DNA from: an uncultured cyanobacterium
Lineage (GTDB): Bacteria > Cyanobacteriota > Cyanobacteriia > Cyanobacteriales > CAWUOF01
Direction of reading: 5' to 3'
DNA: 64,000 bases
Assembly (NCBI GenBank): GCA_963744145.1
Contig: CAVUSO010000001.1
Coordinates: 1,678,831-1,742,830, forward strand
Both the position numbers and the translations under genes were made by a program. This document shows, piece by piece, positions 1 through 10,017 of the stretch. Each line of letters opens with the position of its first letter. Positions within the stretch are counted from its first letter, which is position 1. A model generated the notes under the pieces. It searched no databases, was not told the origin of the DNA, and was given only the letters and a program-made list of their open reading frames with translations.

Positions 1-394
1 CTTTGGTTCCCAATCGGTTCATTTCCATCGCGATCGCACTAGGAACACCAGCTTCCCGATGACGGATCACCATTAAATCACATCCCATCGCTAGATAGGT
101 TTTGGCTGTATCGAGAATTGTTTCTCCTTTAGTCAGAGAAGATGTCCCTGGAGTAAAATTAAGTGTATCAGCCGAAAGACGTTTAGCTGCTAGTTCAAAA
201 CTGCTCCGAGTTCGAGTGGATGATTCAAAAAATAAATTTGCGACCACCTGACCTTGGAGGGTAGGAACTTTTTTAGTCCGACGGGAAAGGACTTCTCGGA
301 AACTAGCCGCAGTTTGCAGCACTGTATTGTATTCACTATAGACAAAATCAGCGAGAGACAGAATGTGACGACGAGTCCAGGAGGTAGTAGTCAT
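1..394 (-). CDS. pyrB: aspartate carbamoyltransferase catalytic subunit, N-terminal part (gene continues beyond window start)
   Basis: Reverse translation [17 protein letters not shown]...[17 protein letters not shown] carries the STRTR carbamoyl-phosphate binding motif of ATCase/OTCase; start codon complement at 392-394. Confidence 0.8.
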   Translation of the reverse strand, partial: MTTTSWTRRHILSLADFVYSEYNTVLQTAASFREVLSRRTKKVPTLQGQVVANLFFESSTRTRSSFELAAKRLSADTLNFTPGTSSLTKGETILDTAKTYLAMGCDLMVIRHREAGVPSAIAMEMNRLGTK

Positions 395-950
395 GAGGGT
401 GATGTTTTATTATAGTGTCATCACAAAAAATATAGCTAAGACGATCGCTCAAGTCAGCCTCATCTGCTTAAGTAGTTGTAGCTCATCATCTTCTGTCACC
501 ACTAATCCTAGTCCCACCGCAACTATTACTTCTGTAACCTCACCTACTCACCAAATTCCCGCTAAATATATCTTAGTTAAGAATGCTGGTGTGAATGCTA
601 CTGTTATGGTCACTATCTATAAAGTTGATAGTCAATGTGAAAAGTTCATTCCTGAACAAGTCTCTCTCCCAAAAGAACGTGCCATGGACATCGCTGTGGG
701 TCAAGTTATTCAGCAACAGAACACCGGTGACTTTAATTTAGAGGGTTATCGAATTAGCGTAGAACCTAAGACCGCAATCGCTACAGTTGATTTTCGCTTG
801 TCTGGGAGTTCTCAACGTCGATTGAGTTCTTTGTCGAGTTGTGAACAGATGGCTTTATTTGGGAGTTTGAATAAAACTTTAACAGGTAATTCCCTCTGGC
901 ACATTAAAAAAGTCCGTTTTACTGAACAAGGAAAAACAATTTTGCTTTAA
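393..950 (+). CDS. hypothetical protein, possible lipoprotein (LSSC lipobox-like, Ser/Thr-rich linker)
   Basis: 185-aa ORF from track; no recognisable domain; start overlaps the divergent pyrB start, so true start is uncertain. Confidence 0.3.
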   Translation: MRVMFYYSVITKNIAKTIAQVSLICLSSCSSSSSVTTNPSPTATITSVTSPTHQIPAKYILVKNAGVNATVMVTIYKVDSQCEKFIPEQVSLPKERAMDIAVGQVIQQQNTGDFNLEGYRISVEPKTAIATVDFRLSGSSQRRLSSLSSCEQMALFGSLNKTLTGNSLWHIKKVRFTEQGKTILL

Positions 951-1010
951 GGTTGGACTACCTTGGGACACTGAGTTATACCAATTTTTGATGAAACTGC
1001 AGAGAATTGA

Positions 1011-1085
1011 TCCCCCCAACCCCCTTAAAAAGGGGGAGCCGGAATTCTTGCGTCCCCCTTTTGAAGGGGGATTTAGGGGGATTTA
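1011..1085. repeat. cluster of G5/C5 stem-loops (CCCCCTTAAAAAGGGGG, GTCCCCCTTTTGAAGGGGG, TTTAGGGGGATTTAG)
   Basis: Short GC-clamped hairpins read directly; similar GGGGG...CCCCC hairpins recur at 25603-25646 and 30147-30173. Confidence 0.5.
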
Positions 1086-1197
1086 GATCTGTGCAACTTC
1101 ACATTAAATTGGTATTAGTCATCCAGCTCTAGACAGGAAAGCTAGAAACAATCTACAATCAGATTGTCCGTTTTTTTATTTCTGATGGCGCAAAATT

Positions 1198-1320
1198 ATG
1201 GATGTCAAATTAGTTATAGCGGTATTGACAGTAGTTTTCACCGTAGCTACCTTGTTTTTTGGCACTAAAAACGGATTCTATGATTCAGATAACTATCATG
1301 GTAATGGCTCTGCCCATTAG
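1198..1320 (+). CDS. small 40-aa single-TM protein, PetN-like (MDVKLVIAVLTVVFTVATLFFGTKNGFY...)
   Basis: Resembles cytochrome b6f subunit PetN pattern MD..L.W..L.V.FT.S...V.WGRNGF but has a C-terminal extension; weak RBS. Confidence 0.25.
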   Translation: MDVKLVIAVLTVVFTVATLFFGTKNGFYDSDNYHGNGSAH

Positions 1321-1859
1321 ATTTGCTTAGATCGTATTAAGCTTGGTCAAGACGCATTTGGGAAACAAGTGCGTTTTTTTTCCCGATCGGGTTATTTTAG
1401 CCAATCGATCGCGACAACCAGAGTTAACTGAACTTACACCCTCTTTGCTAAAAAAATATATTTAGATATTTTAAGTTTACCAAAATTCCATAAACCTTGA
1501 GTTATAGTCGTTGTAAATACTGATTTAACGAGGGTGAAAAATCAAAAAACTGCTAATTTTAAAGTTCTTTTAAGTATTTTCGCGGAGTTAATGTGATGTA
1601 ATATACGGGTATCTATTTACCAACATTTACATAAAGAAACAGATCATAATCTGTGAAAATCTGTCCGTCATCAGTAATTATACTCAATCAAATTGGGATA
1701 ATAACTTTTGAGCGAAAAAAAATGTTTTTACTGCCATGGAGAAAATAGGAAAATTATTTTTCTGAGTTATAGATTCAGTCAGCTCAAAGTAAGAAAATAG
1801 ATGAAAGCTTACACAACTGTGTTTTACTAATCCATAAGGGTTCAAGGAATCATCAGACT

Positions 1860-2969
1860 ATGTTAGAAAAACTTCCTCATTCTTTTGCTCCTAATCCAGA
1901 TCAAGACCTCCCTACTCAGGGGGCAAAAAAAAATATTGTAGCACCAGAGAAAAAGTTTTTTATTTCGTTACTCGTACCAGCTTATAATGAAGCTGTAATT
2001 ATCAAAGAAAACCTAGAGCTACTGTATGAATACATGAAATCCCTGGAAGATGAGTATAACTGGGAAATAGTTGTAGTCAACGATGGTAGTAAAGATGAGA
2101 CTGGAGAACTAGCTGAAGATTTTGCCAGAGATAAAGATCATATTCAGATCTTACACCATTACGTTAACGGTGGTCTTGGTCAAGCATTAAAAACTGGATT
2201 TAGTGCCTGTCAAGGGGATTGCATTATCACCATTGACTTAGACTTAAGTTATGCACCTGATCATATTGAGAGGATGGTCAGGAAAATGCAACAGACTAGA
2301 GCTAAAATTGTCGTAGCTTCTCCTTATATTAAAGGTGGTAAAGTTTCTAATGTCCCTTGGCTAAGACTATATTTAAGCATCTGGGCAAATAAATTTTTAT
2401 CTGCTACTTCTAAAGGAGACTTGCATACTTTAACAGGAATGGTAAGAGCTTATGATGGAATATTTATCAAGTCGATTAATCTCAGATGTATGGGGATGGA
2501 AGTAAATCCAGAAATTATCCATAAAGCGCGAATGTTACGTGCTAAAATCGAAGAAATTCCCGCCCATTTATGCTGGCACCCTCAACCGAAAAAGAAGGTG
2601 AAAAGACAGTCGAGTATGAAAATCTTGAAGCATACATGGGCGATCGTATTTTTTGGCTTTATTTTTAGGCCAGTTATGTTTTTTATTATTCCTGGGTTTA
2701 TCCTATTATTAATTTCTATTTATGCCAGTATATCAACGGCCATTTTGGTATTTAATACTTATCAATTTGAACCACATCATGCCATCGCGCTCGCTTTTGA
2801 TGTATCCCCCCATTTATTTGTAATCGGTGGCATGAGTTTGATGTTGGCAGTTCAGTTAATGAGCTTGGGGATTTTATCTTTGCAAAATAAGACTTATTTT
2901 GAAGAGATGTTTTATTTGGGGACAGCTATCTACAATTCTAAGCAAAATAATCAGGACCAGAATCAATGA
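1860..2969 (+). CDS. GT2 family glycosyltransferase (ArnC / DPM1-like polyprenyl-phosphate sugar transferase) with C-terminal TM helices
   Basis: LLVPAYNEA...VVVNDGSKDET...DLDLSY motifs of GT-A fold GT2; two predicted C-terminal TM segments as in ArnC. Confidence 0.8.
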   Translation: MLEKLPHSFAPNPDQDLPTQGAKKNIVAPEKKFFISLLVPAYNEAVIIKENLELLYEYMKSLEDEYNWEIVVVNDGSKDETGELAEDFARDKDHIQILHHYVNGGLGQALKTGFSACQGDCIITIDLDLSYAPDHIERMVRKMQQTRAKIVVASPYIKGGKVSNVPWLRLYLSIWANKFLSATSKGDLHTLTGMVRAYDGIFIKSINLRCMGMEVNPEIIHKARMLRAKIEEIPAHLCWHPQPKKKVKRQSSMKILKHTWAIVFFGFIFRPVMFFIIPGFILLLISIYASISTAILVFNTYQFEPHHAIALAFDVSPHLFVIGGMSLMLAVQLMSLGILSLQNKTYFEEMFYLGTAIYNSKQNNQDQNQ

Positions 2970-4201
2970 CTAAAGATGTATTATCGCCAGAAAAGATTTT
3001 GACTCTGCCCTCAGATCAAGAAGCTTCAGGTCGAACTTTAGGTGAAGAAGAAATTGCACTACTAACTAAGGCAATTCACAGTGGTACTTTGACCAGTACG
3101 AAAGGCAATTTTGTGAAAACCTTAGAAACCCAATTTGCTAAATCTATTGGGGTTAAACACGCTTATGCTTGTGCATCAGGAACAGGTGCAATTCATGTCG
3201 CTGTTGCAGCGATCGACCCAGAACCAGGTGATGAGATCGTCACCACTGCGATTACAGATATGGGAGCATTAACACCCATTCTTTATCAAGGTGCAATTCC
3301 TGTATTTGCTGATGTCGATCCAAAAACTTGGAACGTCACCGCAGCGAGTATTGAAAAAAGTTTAAGCGATCGCACCAAAGCAATTATCGTGACCCACTTA
3401 TTTGGTAATCCCTGTGAGATGGATGAAATTACTGAATTAGCGCGATCGCGAAATATTCCCATCATCGAAGATTGCGCTCAAGCATTTGGAGCTAAACATA
3501 ACAACCAGCATATCGGCTCCTTTGGAGCAGTAGGTTGTTTTAGCTTACAACAAGGTAAACATATTACCACAGGTGAAGGTGGAATAGTTACCACCAATGA
3601 CGATGCTTTAGCTCGACGGATGTTTTTATTTATTAACAAAGCTTGGGGATATGGTGATCCCCAACCCGATCATTACTTTTTAGCACTTAATTATCGGATG
3701 TGCGAATTGCAGGGAGCAGTAGCAGTCGGACAGTTAGAAAAATTAGACAGTGTTGTCCAGAGCCGAATTACTGCTGCTAATAAACTAACTGAAAAATTGC
3801 AAGGACTAAAGGGAATCCAAACACCATGGGTGAGTGCTAAAAATGTTCACACTTATTGGAAATATTGCCTCAGTGTAGATGGTACAGTTATCCCTAATGG
3901 TCCAGTTGGATTAGCGCAACGCTTAAAAGAAAAAGGAATTTTCTCAGCTCCAAGATATATCCAAAAACCAGCCTTTATGTGCGAAATTTTCCAAAAACAA
4001 AACACTTTTGGTAAATCTCGCTTTCCCTTCACCTTAGCTCGTCCTGAAGCAGTTAATTACGATCGCTCCCTCTTCCCAGGAACTTTTGCTGGGTTAGAAA
4101 GCGTTTTAGTTTTACCCTGGAATGAACGCTACACTGACGAACATATCGACTATATTGCCAATTCCATCTCCCAAGTACATCAGACTCTTGTCGCTCAATA
4201 A
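2966..4201 (+). CDS. DegT/DnrJ/EryC1/StrS family PLP-dependent sugar aminotransferase (ArnB/WbpE-like)
   Basis: GTGAIHVAV...DEIVTTAITDMG...conserved K in FSLQQGKHITTGEGG; 4-bp overlap with upstream GT2 gene. Confidence 0.85.
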   Translation: MTKDVLSPEKILTLPSDQEASGRTLGEEEIALLTKAIHSGTLTSTKGNFVKTLETQFAKSIGVKHAYACASGTGAIHVAVAAIDPEPGDEIVTTAITDMGALTPILYQGAIPVFADVDPKTWNVTAASIEKSLSDRTKAIIVTHLFGNPCEMDEITELARSRNIPIIEDCAQAFGAKHNNQHIGSFGAVGCFSLQQGKHITTGEGGIVTTNDDALARRMFLFINKAWGYGDPQPDHYFLALNYRMCELQGAVAVGQLEKLDSVVQSRITAANKLTEKLQGLKGIQTPWVSAKNVHTYWKYCLSVDGTVIPNGPVGLAQRLKEKGIFSAPRYIQKPAFMCEIFQKQNTFGKSRFPFTLARPEAVNYDRSLFPGTFAGLESVLVLPWNERYTDEHIDYIANSISQVHQTLVAQ

Positions 4202-4246
4202 CCAGCAACAAGATTACTCATTCACACAGAATAAACTAGTAAAATC

Positions 4247-5290
4247 ATGGAAGAAAAAATCAAGTTCGGACTGGTTGGTGCTGGAGGTATCGCTCAATCT
4301 TATGTGCAAGCATTTGGTAGTAGCGAACATGGTCAATTAGTAGCAGTTGCTGATATTTATCCGGAATTAGCACTACGATTAGCCGAAAAAATTCCTGGAT
4401 GTCAAAGTTATGAGTCTTACCAAAAAATGGCGGAATCAGCTGATGTCGATGCTGTCATTATCTGTACACCACCAATTAGTCACCCAGAAATCAGTCTCTA
4501 CTTTTTAGAACGCAAAATTAACGTTTTGTGTGAAAAACCTCTCAGCGTCAATGTCCAAAGCGCCAATCTGATGTTGGAAGGAGCAAAAAAAGCTGGTGTA
4601 ATTCTGACGATGGCTTCAAAATTTCGCTATGTTAAAGATGTAGAAAAAGCCAAAAGCATTGTTGATTCCGGAATTTTAGGTGAGATCGTTTTATTTGAAA
4701 ACGCTTTTACCTCTCGGGTCGATATGAAATCCCGTTGGAATTCCGATCCTAAAATTAGCGGTGGTGGAGTTTTAATTGATAATGGAACTCACTCCGTTGA
4801 TATTATGCGCTACTTCCTTGGACCGATCGCCGAAGTGCAAGTGGTGGAAGGAAAAAAAGTGCAAGGATTACCTGTAGAAGATACAGTCCGGATTTTTGTG
4901 AAAAGTGTTGCTGGTGTAGTTGGTAATGTAGATCTTTCCTGGAGTATCAATAAGGAAATAGATTACTATATCCGGATTTATGGTTCTCTCGGAACTATTT
5001 CTATTGGTTGGAAAGAATCAAAATATCGTCAGGGATCTAACAACGAGTGGATTGCTTTTGGTACAGGTTACGACAAAGTGCAAGCATTTCGCTCTCAAAT
5101 CGATAACTTTGCTCAAGCAATTCGTAAAGAAGAACGTCTGATTATTACTGGTGAAGATGCGATCGCTTCGGTGCAAGTAATCGAAACTGCTTATGAAGCT
5201 CTACGTCAAAGTAATTGGCTTCCGGTTACCCAAAATTTAGCTTACCAGAAAAATGTTGAAGCTCAAGCTGAACCCAGTATAGTGGGCTAA
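4247..5290 (+). CDS. Gfo/Idh/MocA family NAD-dependent sugar oxidoreductase (WbpB-like)
   Basis: N-terminal Rossmann KFGLVGAGGIAQ; family-typical EKPL motif. Confidence 0.85.
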   Translation: MEEKIKFGLVGAGGIAQSYVQAFGSSEHGQLVAVADIYPELALRLAEKIPGCQSYESYQKMAESADVDAVIICTPPISHPEISLYFLERKINVLCEKPLSVNVQSANLMLEGAKKAGVILTMASKFRYVKDVEKAKSIVDSGILGEIVLFENAFTSRVDMKSRWNSDPKISGGGVLIDNGTHSVDIMRYFLGPIAEVQVVEGKKVQGLPVEDTVRIFVKSVAGVVGNVDLSWSINKEIDYYIRIYGSLGTISIGWKESKYRQGSNNEWIAFGTGYDKVQAFRSQIDNFAQAIRKEERLIITGEDAIASVQVIETAYEALRQSNWLPVTQNLAYQKNVEAQAEPSIVG

Positions 5291-5380
5291 TTAAATATTT
5301 AGTTTCAGTTAGGTTATTGTTCAGAAACTGAGTTTTTTTGGCAAAGAAAACTCAGTTTTACTTATCTACAGTTAGGGATT

Positions 5381-6007
5381 ATGGACATTCGCATTCATCC
5401 GACTGCTAACATTGAAAAAGATGTAAAAATTGGTGCTGGTTCGGCAATTTGGGATAATGTTCACATTAGATATGCAACTCAGATTGGTGTAGAGTGCATT
5501 ATTGGTGAAAAAACTTATATTGCTTATGGAGTAAAAATTGGTAATCGCGTCAAAATTAATGCTTTTGTTTATATTTGTACCGCAGTCACAATCGAAGATG
5601 GAGTAATGATTGCTGCGGGCACAATTTTTACAAATGACCGTTTTCCTCGAGCCACAACAGTGGATTTAAAAGAGTTACGCAGTTCCGACCCCGATGAACA
5701 TACTTTACCAACCTTAGTCCGGGAAGGAGCAACTATTGGTGCTGGATGTATCATTGGTAATGATTTAGAAATTGGTCGTTTTGCGATGATTGGGATGGGT
5801 GCTGTAATCACTAAATCAGTACCTGATTTTCATCTCATGATGGGACATCCAGCTAAGTCAGCAGGTTGTGTATGTAGATGTGGACAATTACTACAACGTT
5901 TCTCTTTAGAGAATATTTGTGATTTTAATGAATTAGTTTGTAGTAGTTGTGGATTAAAATATGCAGTCAAAAATGGTACAGTCATTGAACTAACTCCACC
6001 ATCATAA
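5381..6007 (+). CDS. left-handed beta-helix (hexapeptide) N-acetyltransferase, WbpD/PglD-like, with C-terminal Cys-rich Zn-ribbon-like tail
   Basis: Repeated [LIV]G.... hexapeptide units; tail CVCRCGQLL...CSSCG. Confidence 0.8.
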   Translation: MDIRIHPTANIEKDVKIGAGSAIWDNVHIRYATQIGVECIIGEKTYIAYGVKIGNRVKINAFVYICTAVTIEDGVMIAAGTIFTNDRFPRATTVDLKELRSSDPDEHTLPTLVREGATIGAGCIIGNDLEIGRFAMIGMGAVITKSVPDFHLMMGHPAKSAGCVCRCGQLLQRFSLENICDFNELVCSSCGLKYAVKNGTVIELTPPS

Positions 6008-6064
6008 AAGTTCCCTGCTTTTACCTGACTAACGCTGAAATAAATTATATCCAATCAATTAAAA

Positions 6065-7408
6065 ATGAATAAATTAGAAAGCTGGGGTATTGTTGGGGGC
6101 GGAATTTTGGGGATGACTCTAGCTCTCCGTCTAGCTCAACAAGGTAAAAATGTAACTTTGTTCGAGAAAGCAGATCATTTCGGGGGACTTGCTAGTACCT
6201 GGTACATTGGGGATGTGCAGTGGGATCGTCATTATCATGTTACCTTGCTATCTGATACCAGGTTGCGATCGCTTTTAACCGAATTAGGTTTAGAAACAGA
6301 AATGGAATGGGTGATTACCCGAACTGGTTTTTATACCGATGGGAAACTATATTCCATGTCCAATGCGATCGAATTTCTCCGTTTTCCCCCACTAGGTTTA
6401 ATCGATAAAATTCGGTTAGCGTTTACGATTATTTATGCTTCCAAAATTAAAAATTGGCGTGATCTCGAAAAAATTCCTGTCACTGATTGGTTAAAAAAAT
6501 GGTCTGGTAAACATACTTTTGATAAAATCTGGCTTCCTTTATTACGAGCTAAGTTAGGTGAAAACTATCAAAAAGCCTCAGCTTCTTTTATTTGGGCAAT
6601 TATCGCTCGGATGTATGCAGCGCGTCGGACTGGTTTAAAAAAAGAAATGTTTGGCTATGTGCGTGGTGGATATGCACAAATTATTGAGCGTTTTGCTGAA
6701 GTTTTAACTGAGAAAAATGTCACGTTAAAATTAAATCATTCTCTCTCTAAAGTAGAGTCAGGTGCAGATCAGAAAATTAATATTCATTTTGAAAATGGAC
6801 AACAAGAAACTTTTGATCGGGTGATAGTCACTACAGCAGCTCCCATTGCAGCTCAAGTTTGTGCAGGACTAACTCAAACGGAAATATCTAAGTTAAAAGG
6901 GATTGAATATCAAGGGATCATTTGTGCTTCCCTATTATTAAAAAAATCCCTTTCCCCTTTCTATGTTACTAACATTACTGATACTTGGGTGCCGTTTACC
7001 GGAGTAATTGAAATGTCCGCACTGGTCGATCGCAAACATTTTGGTGGTAATGCTTTAGTTTATCTCCCTAAATATGTGGTTCCAGATGACCCAGCTTTTG
7101 CTTTATCAGATGCAGAATTAGAAGAAAAATTTGTTTCTGCTCTCATCCAAATGTATCCCCATTTTGAACGGAGTGATGTGCTAGCATTTCGGGTGTCTAG
7201 AGTTAAATATGTCCTAGCAATTTCGACGTTAAACTATTCAGATATTATCCCACCCATACCAACTTCGATCCGCGGTCTTTATATTATTAATTCTGCCCAT
7301 ATTGCTAACGGAACTCTCAATGTAAATGAAAGTATCCAATTAGCCGAAAAAGCCGTTTCTGAAGTTTTATTTGATCCGGCATATTCAGCAGAATCACCGT
7401 TAGAATAA
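6065..7408 (+). CDS. FAD/NAD(P)-binding oxidoreductase (amine-oxidase / UDP-galactopyranose mutase-like fold)
   Basis: N-terminal GIVGGGILG...LFEKADHFGG dinucleotide-binding motif. Confidence 0.7.
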   Translation: MNKLESWGIVGGGILGMTLALRLAQQGKNVTLFEKADHFGGLASTWYIGDVQWDRHYHVTLLSDTRLRSLLTELGLETEMEWVITRTGFYTDGKLYSMSNAIEFLRFPPLGLIDKIRLAFTIIYASKIKNWRDLEKIPVTDWLKKWSGKHTFDKIWLPLLRAKLGENYQKASASFIWAIIARMYAARRTGLKKEMFGYVRGGYAQIIERFAEVLTEKNVTLKLNHSLSKVESGADQKINIHFENGQQETFDRVIVTTAAPIAAQVCAGLTQTEISKLKGIEYQGIICASLLLKKSLSPFYVTNITDTWVPFTGVIEMSALVDRKHFGGNALVYLPKYVVPDDPAFALSDAELEEKFVSALIQMYPHFERSDVLAFRVSRVKYVLAISTLNYSDIIPPIPTSIRGLYIINSAHIANGTLNVNESIQLAEKAVSEVLFDPAYSAESPLE

Positions 7409-7433
7409 AATCATACCAAACCACCAAAAACCT

Positions 7434-8402
7434 ATGAAACCTATCGCTAGTTTATCCCTCGATCTTGATAATCAATGGTCCTATATGAAAACCCATGGTG
7501 ATCCAGGTTGGGAAAGTTTTCCTTCTTACTTGGATATTGTTGTACCCCGGTTTCTCGATTTTCTCCAAGAACGAGAACTCACCATTACAGTTTTTATTGT
7601 CGGTCAAGATGCGGCTTTAGAAAAGAATCATCAAGCACTCAGAGCGATCGCCAATGCGGGACATGAAATTGGGAATCATTCCTTTCACCATCAACCCTGG
7701 TTACATCTTTATTCTGAGTCAGAAATTGATAATGAAATTGCGATCGCTGAGGAAAATATTCAATTAGCTACAGGGAAAAAAACCATTGGTTTTCGTGGAC
7801 CGGGTTTTAGTATTTCCCGTGCGACTTTGCAAGTATTAGCAAGGAGAGGTTATCAATATGATGCTTCTACTTTTCCGACTTTTCTCGGACCTTTAGCTCG
7901 TGCTTATTATTTTATGACCAGTAAGTTAAGCAAAGAAGAAATGGAACAACGCAAAGCACTTTTTGGCACCCTAGGAGAAGGTTTACGACCCTTAAAACCC
8001 TACCAATGGCGTTTAGATGCTGCGGAAATAATTGAAATTCCTGTGACTACTATGCCAATTTTTAAAGTGCCAATTCATTTCAGCTATCTGCTTTATTTAG
8101 CCATATTTTCTGCTCCTTTAGCACAATTTTATTTTCAAATTGCCCTGCTCATGTGCCGATTGACAGGAACTCAACCATCTTTATTGCTCCATCCCCTCGA
8201 TTTTTTAGGTGGTGATGATGTACCGGAATTAGCTTTTTTCCCAGCTATGAATATGCCCGCTTATAAAAAAATTGCTTTGCTCAGTAAAACAATTGGAATG
8301 CTCTCCCAAGAATTTAAGATCGTCACTATGCAACAACACGCTCACCTAATAAGTGCTGCTAAAATTCCCTTAGTTGAACCCAATTTTCATCATCAAACTT
8401 AA
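7434..8402 (+). CDS. polysaccharide deacetylase (CE4 / NodB-fold), ArnD/NaxD-like lipid-linked aminosugar deacylase candidate
   Basis: LSLDLDN...TVFIVGQD...HEIGNHSFHH pattern parallels ArnD DVD/ASIFF/HAWDHH motifs. Confidence 0.7.
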   Translation: MKPIASLSLDLDNQWSYMKTHGDPGWESFPSYLDIVVPRFLDFLQERELTITVFIVGQDAALEKNHQALRAIANAGHEIGNHSFHHQPWLHLYSESEIDNEIAIAEENIQLATGKKTIGFRGPGFSISRATLQVLARRGYQYDASTFPTFLGPLARAYYFMTSKLSKEEMEQRKALFGTLGEGLRPLKPYQWRLDAAEIIEIPVTTMPIFKVPIHFSYLLYLAIFSAPLAQFYFQIALLMCRLTGTQPSLLLHPLDFLGGDDVPELAFFPAMNMPAYKKIALLSKTIGMLSQEFKIVTMQQHAHLISAAKIPLVEPNFHHQT

Positions 8403-8417
8403 TCAAGTTTAATCTTT

Positions 8418-9992
8418 ATGACCATCAAAATTCCTACATCTCCTATTCACATCGAGCCAAAATTAGTGATTAGTGGATGTATATTTTTAAATCTGTTAAT
8501 TTGTCTGATACTAGGAGCAAATCTCAATTTGTCTTCCGATGAAGCTTATGCTTTCCATACGACCGGAAGCAATCTTAAATATGCCTTCGATCAAGCAATA
8601 AATTTTGAATTGCAACCCCCCCTATATTTTATCATGCTCTGGGGGTGGCGCAGTTTAAAAAGTTCGATTTTTTTCGCCAGATTGTTATCGATTATATTTA
8701 TTACGATCACCCTGACAATTCTGCCCAAAATATCCCGCAGGTTTTTGCCAGAAATTAATCCAGTCTGGCTCGTTATTTTTCTCGCTTTTAACCCTTTTGT
8801 AATTTGGGCTGCTTTAGAAATTAGAGTTTATGCTTTTGTCCTACTTCTGTCAGCTTTATTGTTGTTATTTTTTTTCGATGGTTATTTAGCAGAAATACCT
8901 CAGCATCGAGCTAGATGGTGGTATATATTAGTTGCCATCCTGGCTTTATATACACAATATTATTTAGGTTTCTTTTTAGTTGCTAATGCTTGTGCTTTGC
9001 TAGTTTTAAGACGTTGGCAAACATTACGTGATTATGTGATCGCAATGGTGCCCGTGGGAGTTTGCTTCAGCCCCATGTTATGGTTTTTTTTATCCCATAA
9101 ACAGACTGAGCAACTTGTTTATGCACATACCCACACAAATACTGTAGAAATTATTTCTTTAAGCGATGTTTTTAAACTGATATCTCGGCGCATATTAGGG
9201 TTAATTTTGAGACCAGAATGGATTGGATTTGAACAGCGGGATAGTATCGGATTTTATCTGATTTTTGGGATTGCGGTGATCGCGATCGGTTGGCAAACTA
9301 TTAGATTCCGTCGTCAAATCACTTCTCCTGATCTGGCGATCGCAGTTATTACTGTAGTTTTGATCTTATTTTTTGTTCCCACCTTATATGTGGTCGGACA
9401 ATATGGAGTCTTAAGTCGTCATGTAACTCTGATTTTATTACCATTAACTTTGTTAGTTTTTTCTGTACTCAAAGTATCAATCTTACCAGCTTTTCCCAGA
9501 TTAGAAAAAAAACAAGTTATCATAGTTGTGATTGTGCTGGTACTAATATCACATCTATCTTCTCTGTATGTAACCTATGCAAACATGGCGAAACTAGGTG
9601 ATCAAGTTCGCATTGCTGCTTATCTTCAAGCCCAAGAAAAACCAGGACAACTTATTGTAGTTTTTAATGAGTTTATCGCTCTATCCTTGGGATACCAATA
9701 TACGGGCATCAATCCGCTCGTTACTTTACCACAAGAGTTAACTTTTGAAAAATATGATATGCACCAATATGCCCTAGAAGATGAGGGACAAATTGTCAAT
9801 GCTTTAGCTAAATTTCCTCCCGATCGCCGTACATCTATTTGGCTAGTTAAAACTAATACTTGTGCCTACGCTAATATTGATTTTCATTGTGAAATCTTAA
9901 ATAATTTTGTTAATAAAAATTATCAAATTGAGATCCAGCAAGAATTTTATGGTGCAACCGTAGAATTATTACATCGAAAATCGAAAAATTAA
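8418..9992 (+). CDS. GT-C fold membrane glycosyltransferase (ArnT / PMT / GT39-83-like), about 12 TM
   Basis: Polytopic membrane protein with DE motif (SSDEAYAF) in first extracytoplasmic loop; C-terminal soluble domain. Confidence 0.65.
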   Translation: MTIKIPTSPIHIEPKLVISGCIFLNLLICLILGANLNLSSDEAYAFHTTGSNLKYAFDQAINFELQPPLYFIMLWGWRSLKSSIFFARLLSIIFITITLTILPKISRRFLPEINPVWLVIFLAFNPFVIWAALEIRVYAFVLLLSALLLLFFFDGYLAEIPQHRARWWYILVAILALYTQYYLGFFLVANACALLVLRRWQTLRDYVIAMVPVGVCFSPMLWFFLSHKQTEQLVYAHTHTNTVEIISLSDVFKLISRRILGLILRPEWIGFEQRDSIGFYLIFGIAVIAIGWQTIRFRRQITSPDLAIAVITVVLILFFVPTLYVVGQYGVLSRHVTLILLPLTLLVFSVLKVSILPAFPRLEKKQVIIVVIVLVLISHLSSLYVTYANMAKLGDQVRIAAYLQAQEKPGQLIVVFNEFIALSLGYQYTGINPLVTLPQELTFEKYDMHQYALEDEGQIVNALAKFPPDRRTSIWLVKTNTCAYANIDFHCEILNNFVNKNYQIEIQQEFYGATVELLHRKSKN

Positions 9993-10017
9993 TATGCTAC
10001 TCTGAATTTAGCCAGAT

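Noticed and set aside
5569-6054. Two minus-strand ORFs (80 and 74 aa) inside the acetyltransferase gene
   Set aside because: Antisense to a well-supported LbH-repeat CDS; no motifs; typical shadow ORFs
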